Shown: positions 16,885 through 26,369, counted from the first letter of the stretch. The stretch is 64,000 bases of DNA from a virus (IMGVR_UViG_3300043105_000117:1-64000), one strand, 5' to 3'. A program made the numbers and translations. The notes: generated by a model from the sequence alone, not told the origin.

Positions 16885-17396
16885 AAGTAAAAATCGTAAA
16901 GCTAGATTCAAAAGCTGTCATTCCATATAAGACACATGACAGCGATTTTTGTTATGACGTGGTTGCTACATCATGTGAGCAGATTGCACCAAACGTGTAC
17001 AGATACGGGACAGGATTGTCATTTCAGATAGAGAGAGGCCCAGAAACGGTCAATGAGAAGGTCGTTTACAAAAGCGGGAACACGTCTACAACGATATATT
17101 CCGTCATACCGTTTAAAGGTTCACCATTAAGGCTCTCCATCGACGCGCGTCCGCGTTCATCTGTATGGAAAACGGGCATGGTTCTGGCCAATTGCGAGGG
17201 TACGATAGATGAGGACTACACCGGAGAAGTATCGGCTGTATTCTACCATGTGCTCCCTGATATGCCTAAATACGAGGTTGGTGACAGAATTTGTCAGATA
17301 AAGATTGGAATTACAACACCGATAGACTTTGAAGAGGTTGATGAACTGGAATCCACAGAGAGAGGAAGCGGTCGAGAAGGTTCAACCGGTAAGTGA
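16881..17396 (+). CDS. dut: Trimeric dUTPase
   Basis: RPRSS, GTIDEDYTGE, GDRICQ, RGSGREGSTG motifs. Confidence 0.88.
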   Translation: MKVKIVKLDSKAVIPYKTHDSDFCYDVVATSCEQIAPNVYRYGTGLSFQIERGPETVNEKVVYKSGNTSTTIYSVIPFKGSPLRLSIDARPRSSVWKTGMVLANCEGTIDEDYTGEVSAVFYHVLPDMPKYEVGDRICQIKIGITTPIDFEEVDELESTERGSGREGSTGK

Positions 17397-17464
17397 TGTG
17401 TATAGTCGGCCCATTGAATAATCCGTTGATTAACGAAATTATGTTTTATAACATATAAATTCTC

Positions 17465-17495
17465 TTTGATATTTAAGTTAAGGAATGTACTTTTG
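17465..17495 (+). promoter_or_regulatory. Internal promoter
   Basis: TTTG(17465)-N19-TACTTTTG(17488). Confidence 0.55.
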
Positions 17496-17499
17496 TGCT

Positions 17500-17739
17500 A
17501 TGATAATAAAAGATATGATAAGGGATATTAAATCTACGATACGGTACAAACGCGCATTGAAAGAGTATGCGAGATTTAAGGTAGAAAAGGCTGGAGGCAG
17601 CTTGTATCTTACTTATAGGGGTGTTGCCTTTATGGAGTTGGATGGCAGTCAGACCTCCGAAGATATATCGGCATTGCTCGATGACGCGAGAATTACATCA
17701 ATGAAATTTGTGATATCTAAACATAATGAAAGAGTGTAG
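17500..17739 (+). CDS. Hypothetical protein
   Basis: ORF; start moved to first ATG after the promoter. Confidence 0.6.
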   Translation: MIIKDMIRDIKSTIRYKRALKEYARFKVEKAGGSLYLTYRGVAFMELDGSQTSEDISALLDDARITSMKFVISKHNERV

Positions 17740-18103
17740 GAAATGCGGGGCGGTGCTGGCAGAAACAGAGTTCTATGAAGGTCGGAGGGAATGTAAAGAA
17801 TGTACCAAGAAAAGAGTGTATCAGAAAAAGGGAGTTACCTATAATCATGAAAAGCAAAGGCTGATGAAAGGTAAGGCCTATTATTGGAATCCACAGTCAA
17901 TCTCTGACTTGAAAAGATATTACCCGGATACCAAGAATGACGAATTGACCGGCATGTTTGGTGTTTCAAAGCGGACACTGGTACGGATGGCGAGAAAGCT
18001 AGGAATCGAAAAAGACAAGGATTTCATGCTGCAATGCCAAAAGGAAAGCAGTTTGTTTGCTGCGGTAAAAAGGCGAGAAGTAAACAGGAATAAAAACAAT
18101 TAA
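17726..18103 (+). CDS. Zn-finger plus HTH-like protein
   Basis: CRKC...CKEC; NDELTGMFGVSKRTLVRMARKLGI. Confidence 0.6.
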   Translation: MKECRKCGAVLAETEFYEGRRECKECTKKRVYQKKGVTYNHEKQRLMKGKAYYWNPQSISDLKRYYPDTKNDELTGMFGVSKRTLVRMARKLGIEKDKDFMLQCQKESSLFAAVKRREVNRNKNN

Positions 18104-18114
18104 ATTCAACAACA

Positions 18115-18513
18115 ATGCAAGGAAGTTCGGAAGCGAACACACGAAACAATATCGTATTCATTCTTACCGATATTGTGGAGACTAATTTAATGGATTTGCT
18201 GCATTTTATGCGCAAGGAAGGATGCGTAATGAAGCATGAGGCAAAGAGAGACTTTAATACAGCAATCGCGGCAATAAAGAGGCTCAAACACCACGTAGAT
18301 AAATGTTCTGCGGAAACACAAGGTGACTTTGGAGACGAATCCGACATGCTGAATGCTGTACTCTTGACAATCGTCGACCGAGTAGGAGACGATGATATGT
18401 TGCTACTGGATATATACAATTATCTGAAAGCCATGCCATCCAAGGGCATCCTTACTATGAATGTCGATGACGCTTTCAGTCATTTACAGAAGGATGAGAA
18501 TCAGCAAGTTTGA
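18115..18513 (+). CDS. Hypothetical protein
   Basis: ORF 132 aa. Confidence 0.7.
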   Translation: MQGSSEANTRNNIVFILTDIVETNLMDLLHFMRKEGCVMKHEAKRDFNTAIAAIKRLKHHVDKCSAETQGDFGDESDMLNAVLLTIVDRVGDDDMLLLDIYNYLKAMPSKGILTMNVDDAFSHLQKDENQQV

Positions 18514-18625
18514 GAGATTAGACGAAAGATTAAGAGAGAGTAACAAAAGGCTTATCAAGGGACTAGTGATATCCTTGATATTGCTTATTCTATCAATAGT
18601 TTATTTTATAAAAGAAATCGCATGA
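18494..18625 (+). CDS. Small membrane protein (43 aa)
   Basis: Read by eye; one TM. Confidence 0.45.
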   Translation: MRISKFERLDERLRESNKRLIKGLVISLILLILSIVYFIKEIA

Positions 18626-18777
18626 AAGACCGTATGATTTGTTGCATGAACTGCAAAGAATATATCGAAGATAAGAATTACCCCGGCACCGGTTGGTGCA
18701 AACACAAGATTGGTGTGAGACTTAACGAAGATTGCCCATGTAAAAAGTTCGTGTACAAGTATGCAAAGAAAAATTGA
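18622..18777 (+). CDS. Small Cys-rich protein (51 aa)
   Basis: CCMNC...WC...CPC; ATGA overlap. Confidence 0.5.
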   Translation: MKDRMICCMNCKEYIEDKNYPGTGWCKHKIGVRLNEDCPCKKFVYKYAKKN

Positions 18778-18949
18778 TTTATTGGAGAACGGAGATTGCT
18801 CTAAATGTGAGCCACAAGGCCGTATTTATCCGATTAGAGTAAGTCCTACAACAGTATTCATGGTCACTAAAGACAAGAATACTCCCGAATACGCTGCAAA
18901 GCTACGTGAGAAATACAACCAAATGAAATTCACAAAATCAGATGTATAA
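18761..18949 (+). CDS. Hypothetical protein
   Basis: ORF 62 aa. Confidence 0.55.
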   Translation: MQRKIDLLENGDCSKCEPQGRIYPIRVSPTTVFMVTKDKNTPEYAAKLREKYNQMKFTKSDV

Positions 18950-19172
18950 GTTATTCGTTATTCTATTATGGTGTGATATAATATTCTTAGTCGAGATTGC
19001 ATTGGAGTTTCTGCTCCGGTGCAATTCTCGCAAAGCCTTTAATGCAATAAATTGGGCAGATTTCAAGCGAAGAATCCCAAAGAAAGTCAAAATGCAGACT
19101 GTAAGAGATTTGAAAATCTGTCTGATTGTTGCTATTCTGCTCGAAATACTGATAGTGATTTTTAAAGCATAG
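18942..19172 (+). CDS. Small membrane protein
   Basis: Two hydrophobic segments. Confidence 0.55.
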   Translation: MYKLFVILLWCDIIFLVEIALEFLLRCNSRKAFNAINWADFKRRIPKKVKMQTVRDLKICLIVAILLEILIVIFKA

Positions 19173-19176
19173 AGAT

Positions 19177-19710
19177 ATGGAAGAACTAACCGATTATACA
19201 AAATTCCTGCTTTGCGATATGTTGGCAAAGGATGAGTTGACCGTCCATGATAGATACGTACAACTGTTCTCTGCCAATGATATAGACAAGGCATATAGGG
19301 ATGCAAGACGCACGACAATTCACGATGCGAGAGTTGAACTTCCGGAATACGGAAAGGTTGTGTTGGTATGTGATTCCGACTGCAATATTGGAATAGCATT
19401 CCGCAAAGACCAAGAATCTTGGGATAGTCCGAGCCGCGTGAATATTGACAATCTGGTCATGTGGTGTGATTTGGCAGGGACTGCATTGAGCGAGTGGCTA
19501 AAGGCAATGATTGGAAGCATGAGAAAGAAGAGTCGAAACAGTCAGGCAGCAAACGTTGATGCGGATTTCAGGGTTGGTGATTACGTGCACCACATAACAT
19601 CTGACGGGAGTGAAGTATCGGGCATCATATTTATGCTTGAACCAGGATGCGCGCACATCACAACCGGATACGGCCCGCTCAAAATCGAATTAGCACAATT
19701 AACTCACTGA
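19177..19710 (+). CDS. Hypothetical protein
   Basis: ORF 177 aa. Confidence 0.7.
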   Translation: MEELTDYTKFLLCDMLAKDELTVHDRYVQLFSANDIDKAYRDARRTTIHDARVELPEYGKVVLVCDSDCNIGIAFRKDQESWDSPSRVNIDNLVMWCDLAGTALSEWLKAMIGSMRKKSRNSQAANVDADFRVGDYVHHITSDGSEVSGIIFMLEPGCAHITTGYGPLKIELAQLTH

Positions 19711-19735
19711 TAACGAATCAACATAAAATAAGAAT

Positions 19736-19963
19736 ATGACACTCACACTAAAGGACGACCACGCGCCACAATTACTCATCGACGGGTGCGTGGTCACAGA
19801 CAGAACAGAACTCACGACCATAGCCCTTCTGATGATGGGCAAGGTTGTAACAGGTGATATACGAATGTTCATCTCAGAGATGGCACGAGTTTACGGAACG
19901 ATAATAAAGACAACCCATTGTGAGTGCGGGGCACCCATAATGACATACGAGATAAAGTTATGA
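19736..19963 (+). CDS. Hypothetical protein
   Basis: ORF 75 aa. Confidence 0.6.
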   Translation: MTLTLKDDHAPQLLIDGCVVTDRTELTTIALLMMGKVVTGDIRMFISEMARVYGTIIKTTHCECGAPIMTYEIKL

Positions 19964-20904
19964 TACTTGGATTACTTACAGCTGGATTGGCGGTTTGCAC
20001 CGTCGGCTTGGCGATAGAGCTGGCTAACTACCACACACTTGTTAGAGGGCTTAGGAATACGGTGAAGGACTTGGAGGGAGCTTGCAACCATAAAGATTAC
20101 ACCATTGAAGACTTGAAAAACCTTCTTGAAACCGAGAAAGAGGCTTCCAAGACCAACAATGACTTGCTGAATATGAGGTGCGAGGAAGTCGAAGAGCTGA
20201 AAAAAGATTGTAATAAGGAACATCTCCGGCTACTTGAGACCTCGAATGAGCTTAGCGAGATGAAGCGTACACGATGCAAAGTGCTGGCAGATATAAGCGA
20301 TGTTGAATCAAAAAATAGAGAACTTATGGAAAAGATAGATAACCTCGAAAAGGATAATGGTAGCGTTCGCGAGTTATTATCAGCTGAAGAGGTACTAAGT
20401 AAAGGCTTGAAGGCAAAGATTGATGAGCTTTATAAGAAAATTGAAGAAATGGATGCCAATAGGCTCGTTCAGATAGATATTATTGAAGCGAAAGATAAAC
20501 GCATTGAAGAGCTGAATGACTCTCTAAAATTCGAGGTAGAAAGGGTAAGTTCATTAACCAATGAAATCAAAAGTCTCCGAGCTAATACCAAATTGGATGA
20601 GGAATTATGCGAAGAGAACAAGAAATTATCGAAGAAACTTGAAGAAGCAGAACATAAAGCTATGGTATCGAGCGAGGTATCGAACGCACAAAGCAGAAAA
20701 CTCAGTGAATTGAGTAAAGTGATTGGGAATGAAAATCCCACACAATTCGGAATTGTGCGAAATGGCGTTCATGATTACTGTGTGTATGCTTATTTCAAAA
20801 AAGTAAAGGCGCCTGTGCTTATCAAGACCTTTGCAACAGAAGATAAGGACTACAATCTTGGTTTGGCTGAGGAACTTAAAGAGAAGTTGGAGGAGAAGAT
20901 ATGA
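19960..20904 (+). CDS. Membrane-anchored long coiled-coil protein
   Basis: N-terminal TM, long heptad-rich region; start moved to ATG 19960. Confidence 0.75.
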   Translation: MILGLLTAGLAVCTVGLAIELANYHTLVRGLRNTVKDLEGACNHKDYTIEDLKNLLETEKEASKTNNDLLNMRCEEVEELKKDCNKEHLRLLETSNELSEMKRTRCKVLADISDVESKNRELMEKIDNLEKDNGSVRELLSAEEVLSKGLKAKIDELYKKIEEMDANRLVQIDIIEAKDKRIEELNDSLKFEVERVSSLTNEIKSLRANTKLDEELCEENKKLSKKLEEAEHKAMVSSEVSNAQSRKLSELSKVIGNENPTQFGIVRNGVHDYCVYAYFKKVKAPVLIKTFATEDKDYNLGLAEELKEKLEEKI

Positions 20905-21137
20905 AGTTTTACCTAAGCATAATCGCAAGACGTCAGCCATTGAAGAATGTGCATGATATGCTGCGAGAGAAGGGATTTGAGATTTGGGATGCAAGCGAGG
21001 ATGAGTACGACTTCGATAGCTTCTGTATAAGAATCAACTCCATTGAAGATTTTGAGTTAATAAAGAACACATTGGATAGTCCGTTACATATTCATTATGA
21101 AGATGAGAACACTATCCAAGTTGAAAAAGAATTTTGA
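20901..21137 (+). CDS. Hypothetical protein
   Basis: ORF, ATGA overlap. Confidence 0.65.
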   Translation: MKFYLSIIARRQPLKNVHDMLREKGFEIWDASEDEYDFDSFCIRINSIEDFELIKNTLDSPLHIHYEDENTIQVEKEF

Positions 21138-21138
21138 T

Positions 21139-21441
21139 ATGCAAGCAGATAGAAATAAATTAAGAGATATGGTTGCGGACTTTCGCACAAAGACAGTAGG
21201 CGAAAGTAAAGCCTTCATTGATGGTTGGAACTGTGCTGATGAAAATCCCGATTGGAGGAATGTTCGTGATGAAATGCCGGAAGAGGCAGGCTACGTACTG
21301 ACATTCAATGCTGACGGAAATTTTATTGTCGGCTACTATATGGCAGATAAGAAAGTATGGATGGTAGCAAACCGCAACGAGGTTATTCCTAACGTTAGTT
21401 TATGGATGCCTATACCGAAGTTGTCAAAATCAGTTTGTTAG
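21139..21441 (+). CDS. DUF551-like protein
   Basis: W.NV.DEMPE...VL...V..WMPIP. Confidence 0.65.
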   Translation: MQADRNKLRDMVADFRTKTVGESKAFIDGWNCADENPDWRNVRDEMPEEAGYVLTFNADGNFIVGYYMADKKVWMVANRNEVIPNVSLWMPIPKLSKSVC

Positions 21442-21443
21442 CT

Positions 21444-21776
21444 ATGACACAATCCGACCACACTAATCGGTACTACATCAATCGAATAGACAACAAGTAC
21501 GCAGACAAAGCCGAATGTACATTGTATTCGGTTGCAAGACGTTCAAAGAATTGGATGGGAACGCACTACTACGAAACCACTCTCTACTACGATGAGCAGT
21601 GCACAAAAGTAGCCTACGAGATAAGTCGCAGCTGCTCCCGACCAATGAAAGACGGAATATTCCGGATTGTGAACTTCATAAAGACTTTTAAAAAGTACGT
21701 TCATGTCGTCTGTATTGACAACGGAGTAAGACGAGAGGGAACGGCAGGAGTTAAATATAAATACAATTACAAGTAA
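21444..21776 (+). CDS. Hypothetical protein
   Basis: ORF; start moved past upstream stop. Confidence 0.6.
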   Translation: MTQSDHTNRYYINRIDNKYADKAECTLYSVARRSKNWMGTHYYETTLYYDEQCTKVAYEISRSCSRPMKDGIFRIVNFIKTFKKYVHVVCIDNGVRREGTAGVKYKYNYK

Positions 21777-22084
21777 TGAGCAGATATTATTGGACTAAGA
21801 TTAGCAAGGAGCCGAAGAAGTATGATGACTACCTTGTTACGTTAAAGAGCGGTGCTGTTGATTCAGCACACTTTAATGGCAAGTGGCATAATAGCAGATA
21901 TTGGGAAGCCGACCCATCGTACTTTACATATTGGCGACACTACCCGAATGAGCCGAAGAGTGCGATGAAAAGAATACGAGATATTGTTGAATGGATTTTA
22001 ACGCCATTTGGAGTAGTGGTAATTTCGATAATGATTGCTGTATTCCTTATGTGGGATATATTGAAAAACGGAAATAAATATTGA
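21776..22084 (+). CDS. DUF551-like protein with C-terminal TM
   Basis: WTKISKEP...YLVT...W...YWRHYP. Confidence 0.55.
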   Translation: MSRYYWTKISKEPKKYDDYLVTLKSGAVDSAHFNGKWHNSRYWEADPSYFTYWRHYPNEPKSAMKRIRDIVEWILTPFGVVVISIMIAVFLMWDILKNGNKY

Positions 22085-22536
22085 TTATGGACTACGAAAA
22101 AGAGAAATACAGACGATTCTTCGAGAGTATTCCCGAAAATAAGCGAGAGGAGATTGGCGACAAGATAGCCAAGTTGATGAGCGGTGAAGCTAATGCTCCT
22201 TCCGAAAGCACCGGGAAAGGAGGAAAGCAAATGAAAAGATTTAAATTCCCACACATAATACACCTTGTACTGAAAGGCAAGTGGTATGATATGATTAAGT
22301 CCGGTGAGAAGAAGGAGGAATACCGAGAAATCACCGACTATTGGAAGAGGCGACTTGAGGGAGAAAGCGTGTACAATGTTATATTTCATCGAGGCTATAC
22401 CAACAAGGAGACAATGGCTTTTGGTGTACTTAGAATCACGAAGGGTAAAGGGCGACCAGAGTGGGGAGCCAAACCCGATAAAGACTATTATGTAATTGAA
22501 CTTTTAGGAAGAGTTGATAAGGAGGAAACCAAATGA
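22081..22536 (+). CDS. ASCH-domain protein
   Basis: HLVLKGKWYDMIKSGEKKEEYRE...GKGRPEWGA. Confidence 0.8.
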   Translation: MIMDYEKEKYRRFFESIPENKREEIGDKIAKLMSGEANAPSESTGKGGKQMKRFKFPHIIHLVLKGKWYDMIKSGEKKEEYREITDYWKRRLEGESVYNVIFHRGYTNKETMAFGVLRITKGKGRPEWGAKPDKDYYVIELLGRVDKEETK

Positions 22537-23228
22537 CACTTGACGAAGCAATAAGACATTGCGAAGAGAAAGCAAGTCAAATGTGTAACAACGAATGTGG
22601 CTTGGAGCATAAACAATTAGCTGAATGGTTGGACGAACTGAAAAAATTTCGCAGAAGGGCTGAAATTGAGCGACCAAATTGGGTAAATTGTTTTGCCGAG
22701 CTTCCACCGGAAAACAGAAGGGTTGTTGTTACGAATGAGAAAGGGGCTTATTTCTTGGCATATAGACAGGGTGAAGGATTCTTTAATTATAGGACAGGTG
22801 AAAAAATCAAAAAACCTCACAGTTGGATGAGAATTGACGATAATCCAATATCAAATGAAGAGGACGCTTTTATATATTCACTTGAACGGAGTTATAATGA
22901 CCCTGCCCCGGAAACAGAAACGGAAATTTGGAACAAGTCTTCAAGAGGAGAATGTGTAAAATGTAAATATAGAAACACCCATATATGCCTTAATTACTGC
23001 GCAAGAAATGGATGGATACTTACAGATGAAGCACTTCCATCGGATGGTGAAATAGTTGAAGTTAGGACACGTGATTGTAGACGCTTTTTGGCCGTTTTCG
23101 ATGCTTATGGAAGAGATTGGATTAGATATAATGAGCGGGAATATAAAGGGGGTAAAAGTATATGCTTATACGATGTAGTATGTTGGCGGCACCGTCAATA
23201 TAAGAGAGTTTATGACACATGGGAATGA
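22533..23228 (+). CDS. AEWL domain plus two DUF551-like domains
   Basis: EHKQLAEWLDEL; two W..LP...V...W repeats. Confidence 0.65.
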   Translation: MTLDEAIRHCEEKASQMCNNECGLEHKQLAEWLDELKKFRRRAEIERPNWVNCFAELPPENRRVVVTNEKGAYFLAYRQGEGFFNYRTGEKIKKPHSWMRIDDNPISNEEDAFIYSLERSYNDPAPETETEIWNKSSRGECVKCKYRNTHICLNYCARNGWILTDEALPSDGEIVEVRTRDCRRFLAVFDAYGRDWIRYNEREYKGGKSICLYDVVCWRHRQYKRVYDTWE

Positions 23229-23554
23229 TACAGATAGCAACAACAATAGAGCAGTACGGAAGATTGAAACGCATACTTCCGAAAGAAACTGCGGATATGT
23301 CTATATGGCAAGATAGAAACAGAGTTCTTCATTACGATGTAATGGAGTCCAATCGTTGCCATTATCCTGCGTGGAGCCTATCAGCCTTACTGTCGTTCAT
23401 ACCGCAACCTACATTACAGCAGATTGGCCGTGAGTGGGTTTGCACTTCGGCAGTTGAGTTTACTAAAGGGAGCGGAGATACACCATTTGATGCGTGTGTT
23501 TTGGTGATAGAGGAATTATATGTTTATGGATATTTTGGAGAGGAAAACAAATGA
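23225..23554 (+). CDS. Hypothetical protein, paralog of 28078-28521
   Basis: TADM...PAWS...LL..IP. Confidence 0.65.
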   Translation: MIQIATTIEQYGRLKRILPKETADMSIWQDRNRVLHYDVMESNRCHYPAWSLSALLSFIPQPTLQQIGREWVCTSAVEFTKGSGDTPFDACVLVIEELYVYGYFGEENK

Positions 23555-23877
23555 TAGACGAATTAGATAAAGCAATACACTGCTACGAAGGTGGTTCACC
23601 TTACGCATCATGTGGCAGAGAGTTTAAGCAGATGGCCGAGTGGCTGAAAGAGCTGAAAAGGCTGAAAGAAGCGGAGGTAGCGGAGGTTTGGGTAGCGAGA
23701 GATGAAACAGATGATTTCAGTCGCGGATTATACCTCTACGCGACAGAGCCGACGCGCTATAAGCATTTATTCAAAGGTAGTTTGTTTAACTTGATTAGGC
23801 TTCCTAAAGAATTATTCCCTTCCCTCACCTTTGAGAACAACCCACAAAAAGTTGAACTTAGATTGATTGGAAAATGA
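23551..23877 (+). CDS. AEWL plus WVAR/ENxP domain protein
   Basis: KQMAEWLKEL; VWVARD...LFPSLTFENNP. Confidence 0.65.
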   Translation: MIDELDKAIHCYEGGSPYASCGREFKQMAEWLKELKRLKEAEVAEVWVARDETDDFSRGLYLYATEPTRYKHLFKGSLFNLIRLPKELFPSLTFENNPQKVELRLIGK

Positions 23878-24209
23878 AAGAACTTGAAGTAATGGAACAC
23901 AAAAGACTTGCGTACTTCGGATGCATCAATAAAGCGAAGTACGAATTTAAAGAGATCTTTGGAACTTTTTCAGATGAAGAGAAAAAGCTAATTGCCCGTG
24001 TAATAAAGCGTCCAAGTACCCGAGATTATGTGTTTTTTGGTGATAGAAGAATGACAAAAGAAGATTTCGTATTCTATTTTAGCAAAAAATCAAGTCGTTT
24101 CAAAAATGGCATATCAGCATTGATAGCTGATGCGAGAATGGTATGGTTTGACCGCGATTTTGAGAAAGTAATAAAAGAAAATCCTATAATCCGAGAAAAT
24201 TTTGATTGA
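23874..24209 (+). CDS. Hypothetical protein
   Basis: ORF, ATGA overlap. Confidence 0.65.
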   Translation: MKELEVMEHKRLAYFGCINKAKYEFKEIFGTFSDEEKKLIARVIKRPSTRDYVFFGDRRMTKEDFVFYFSKKSSRFKNGISALIADARMVWFDRDFEKVIKENPIIRENFD

Positions 24210-24215
24210 GCAGTT

Positions 24216-24533
24216 ATGAAAGAGTTAGAAGTAAAAGCAATGTTAGCCGACCCGAACATCCCCGACAGTTATAAGTTGGGTGGTCGGCTTGATGAGAGAT
24301 TCTTGGCAGGCGTTGAGTATGCCGAGGCAGCGATAGAGAAGGCACCGGCTATGTGGATAGCGAGAGATAAAGGTGGAACGACGAGCTTCTTTTCTAAGAA
24401 ACCATCTTATAACGAGAACTACAATTGGTTCATGCCGATGAATTTTGAGACAATAGGCGAAACGTGGCTTCCCGAAGTGACTTGGGGGAACAGCCCACGC
24501 AAGGTTAGATTAATTTTGGAGGACGAAGAATGA
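24216..24533 (+). CDS. WIAR/NSP domain protein
   Basis: MWIARD...LPEVTWGNSP. Confidence 0.65.
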   Translation: MKELEVKAMLADPNIPDSYKLGGRLDERFLAGVEYAEAAIEKAPAMWIARDKGGTTSFFSKKPSYNENYNWFMPMNFETIGETWLPEVTWGNSPRKVRLILEDEE

Positions 24534-24871
24534 ACCGCCAACTAATCTATCAAAAGTACAACGGACACTGCGCCTACTGCGGACAGCCGATTACAATCAG
24601 CGAGATGCAAGTAGACCACTTGAAACCACTTGCAAGGGGAGTACCCGATAGGTGGTTACAAGAAGAGCGAGGCACTGACGACATCGACAACCTTATGCCG
24701 AGTTGTAGGATGTGCAACTTCTATAAGGGTCGCGACAGCTTGGAGATATTCAGGAGAAAGCTCCAAACGATGCTTGACTATAAGAGAACATTTGCCACAA
24801 GACTTGCTATAAAGTATGGCATACTTGTGGAGAATGAATGGAATGGAAAATTTTATTTTGAGGAACAATGA
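24530..24871 (+). CDS. HNH endonuclease
   Basis: CAYCG...VDH...NLMPSCRMCN..K. Confidence 0.88.
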   Translation: MNRQLIYQKYNGHCAYCGQPITISEMQVDHLKPLARGVPDRWLQEERGTDDIDNLMPSCRMCNFYKGRDSLEIFRRKLQTMLDYKRTFATRLAIKYGILVENEWNGKFYFEEQ

Positions 24872-25275
24872 GAGAAATATTATTCAGAGCGAAAAACATC
24901 GAAAAAGATGAGTGGGCAGAGGGTTATTTTGCTTGGTTCACAATAAACACGGGCGAACAAGTTCCTGTTATTATAGCTCCTTATCATTTTGGTGATAAAG
25001 AATTGCATTATACTCACGTAGACGCATCAACGGTGCGCCAATACATAGGAACTTATGATTGCAACGGTGAGAGAATATTTGAAGGCGATATTATTGAATC
25101 TGTCAGCGGATTCAGACATCATGTTGTGTACGACACAGATACTGCATCATTCAAGGCAGCGAGAGGCGGTGTGCTAATGGGCGACATTACACGCACGCGG
25201 ATAGCGAGGTTCGAGTTGAAGGTTATCGGCAACATCCACGATAATCCCGAACTGTTGAAAGGAGGCAAACAATGA
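24868..25275 (+). CDS. YopX-family protein
   Basis: MREILFRAK...QYIG..DCNGERIFEGDII...VIGNIHDNPELL. Confidence 0.88.
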   Translation: MREILFRAKNIEKDEWAEGYFAWFTINTGEQVPVIIAPYHFGDKELHYTHVDASTVRQYIGTYDCNGERIFEGDIIESVSGFRHHVVYDTDTASFKAARGGVLMGDITRTRIARFELKVIGNIHDNPELLKGGKQ

Positions 25276-25595
25276 AAGACCGGGCAGCAGTAACTTGCAA
25301 CGGGAGGGCAGCGTTCTACGCTTCAATGTGGAACGACCTCCGACAAGCGGCAATGGATTGCGGATGGGCACTTGGCTTACATGGCAGTCTTAACACAGAT
25401 ATGGACATCATGGCTATGCCGTGGGTATGGTGGGCAGTACCTGCCGATAAGATGATTGAGAACTTGCAAAGGTGCTTTACGGGTGTTCCTCACGGAGTAC
25501 AGAAGGACTGCACGAGCAAACCTAATCACAGGGTGGTTTACACCATCCCGATTTACGGAGATTTTTACTTGGATATAAATGTTATTGAGATATGA
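25272..25595 (+). CDS. Conserved phage hypothetical protein
   Basis: GWALGLHGSLNTDMDIMAMPW. Confidence 0.7.
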   Translation: MKDRAAVTCNGRAAFYASMWNDLRQAAMDCGWALGLHGSLNTDMDIMAMPWVWWAVPADKMIENLQRCFTGVPHGVQKDCTSKPNHRVVYTIPIYGDFYLDINVIEI

Positions 25596-25807
25596 ACGGT
25601 GAAGAAATGTTAGAGAAGTTCAGAGAAGTCACAAGAGCCATAAACGGCTGTTCTGTGGACGAAGGCTGTTTTATTCTGACAAGAGTACTTGGCGGTATCT
25701 TCGCAGCAGCAGAACTAAGCGAAGAGGATGCGAAGGGCTTTGCCGATGCGGTAGCCCAAGACGTTTTGGAGGCATACAAGGATTGCAAGAAAGGAGGTAA
25801 GAAATGA
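25592..25807 (+). CDS. Hypothetical protein, copy 1 of duplicated gene
   Basis: Near-identical to 26154-26369. Confidence 0.75.
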   Translation: MNGEEMLEKFREVTRAINGCSVDEGCFILTRVLGGIFAAAELSEEDAKGFADAVAQDVLEAYKDCKKGGKK

Positions 25808-26157
25808 GAATTGCAAAAATCCAAAAGCAACGCTGGGATGGCTACGACAAGTATGTCATTTGGGCAGAACATGGCTCCGTACAACTTGAAGTACATGATA
25901 AGCCTTACGGAGAATACAACATCGAGGCTTGGTTATTCTCCCTTTGGGTGGACGAGGATTCACGCAAGAGTGGACTTGGCAAGCAGCTTAGAGAGTTAGC
26001 CGAGCAGATTGCACATGAGAGGGGCTGTAAGACTGTCTGCCTTGAATGGTCAAAGAGGGAGGCTCCGTATTGGGTACGTGAGTGGTACGAGAGAAATGGC
26101 TACAAGATAAGAGCCTTTATAGGTGGTTCAAGTCTTATGTTAAGGAAGGAACTATGA
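25804..26157 (+). CDS. GNAT-family N-acetyltransferase
   Basis: LWVDEDSRKSGLGKQL (motif A); WYERNGY. Confidence 0.85.
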   Translation: MRIAKIQKQRWDGYDKYVIWAEHGSVQLEVHDKPYGEYNIEAWLFSLWVDEDSRKSGLGKQLRELAEQIAHERGCKTVCLEWSKREAPYWVREWYERNGYKIRAFIGGSSLMLRKEL

Positions 26158-26369
26158 GCGGTGAAGAAATTTTAGAGAAGTTCAGAGAAGTTGCGAAAGC
26201 CATAGACGGATGCTCTGTGGACGAAGGCTGTTTCATTCTGACAAGGGTACTTGGTGGGATATTCGCAGCAGCAGAACTAAGCGAAGAGGATGCGAAGGGC
26301 TTTGCCGATGCGGTAGCCCAGGATGTTTTGGAGGCATACAAGAATTTCAAGGAAGGAGGCAAGAAATGA
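26154..26369 (+). CDS. Hypothetical protein, copy 2 of duplicated gene
   Basis: Start at ATG 26154 by alignment with copy 1. Confidence 0.75.
   Translation: MSGEEILEKFREVAKAIDGCSVDEGCFILTRVLGGIFAAAELSEEDAKGFADAVAQDVLEAYKNFKEGGKK

Noticed and set aside
25592-26369. DGR template/variable repeat pair
   Set aside because: Differences are not limited to adenines, both copies are full ORFs, and there is no reverse transcriptase in the window.
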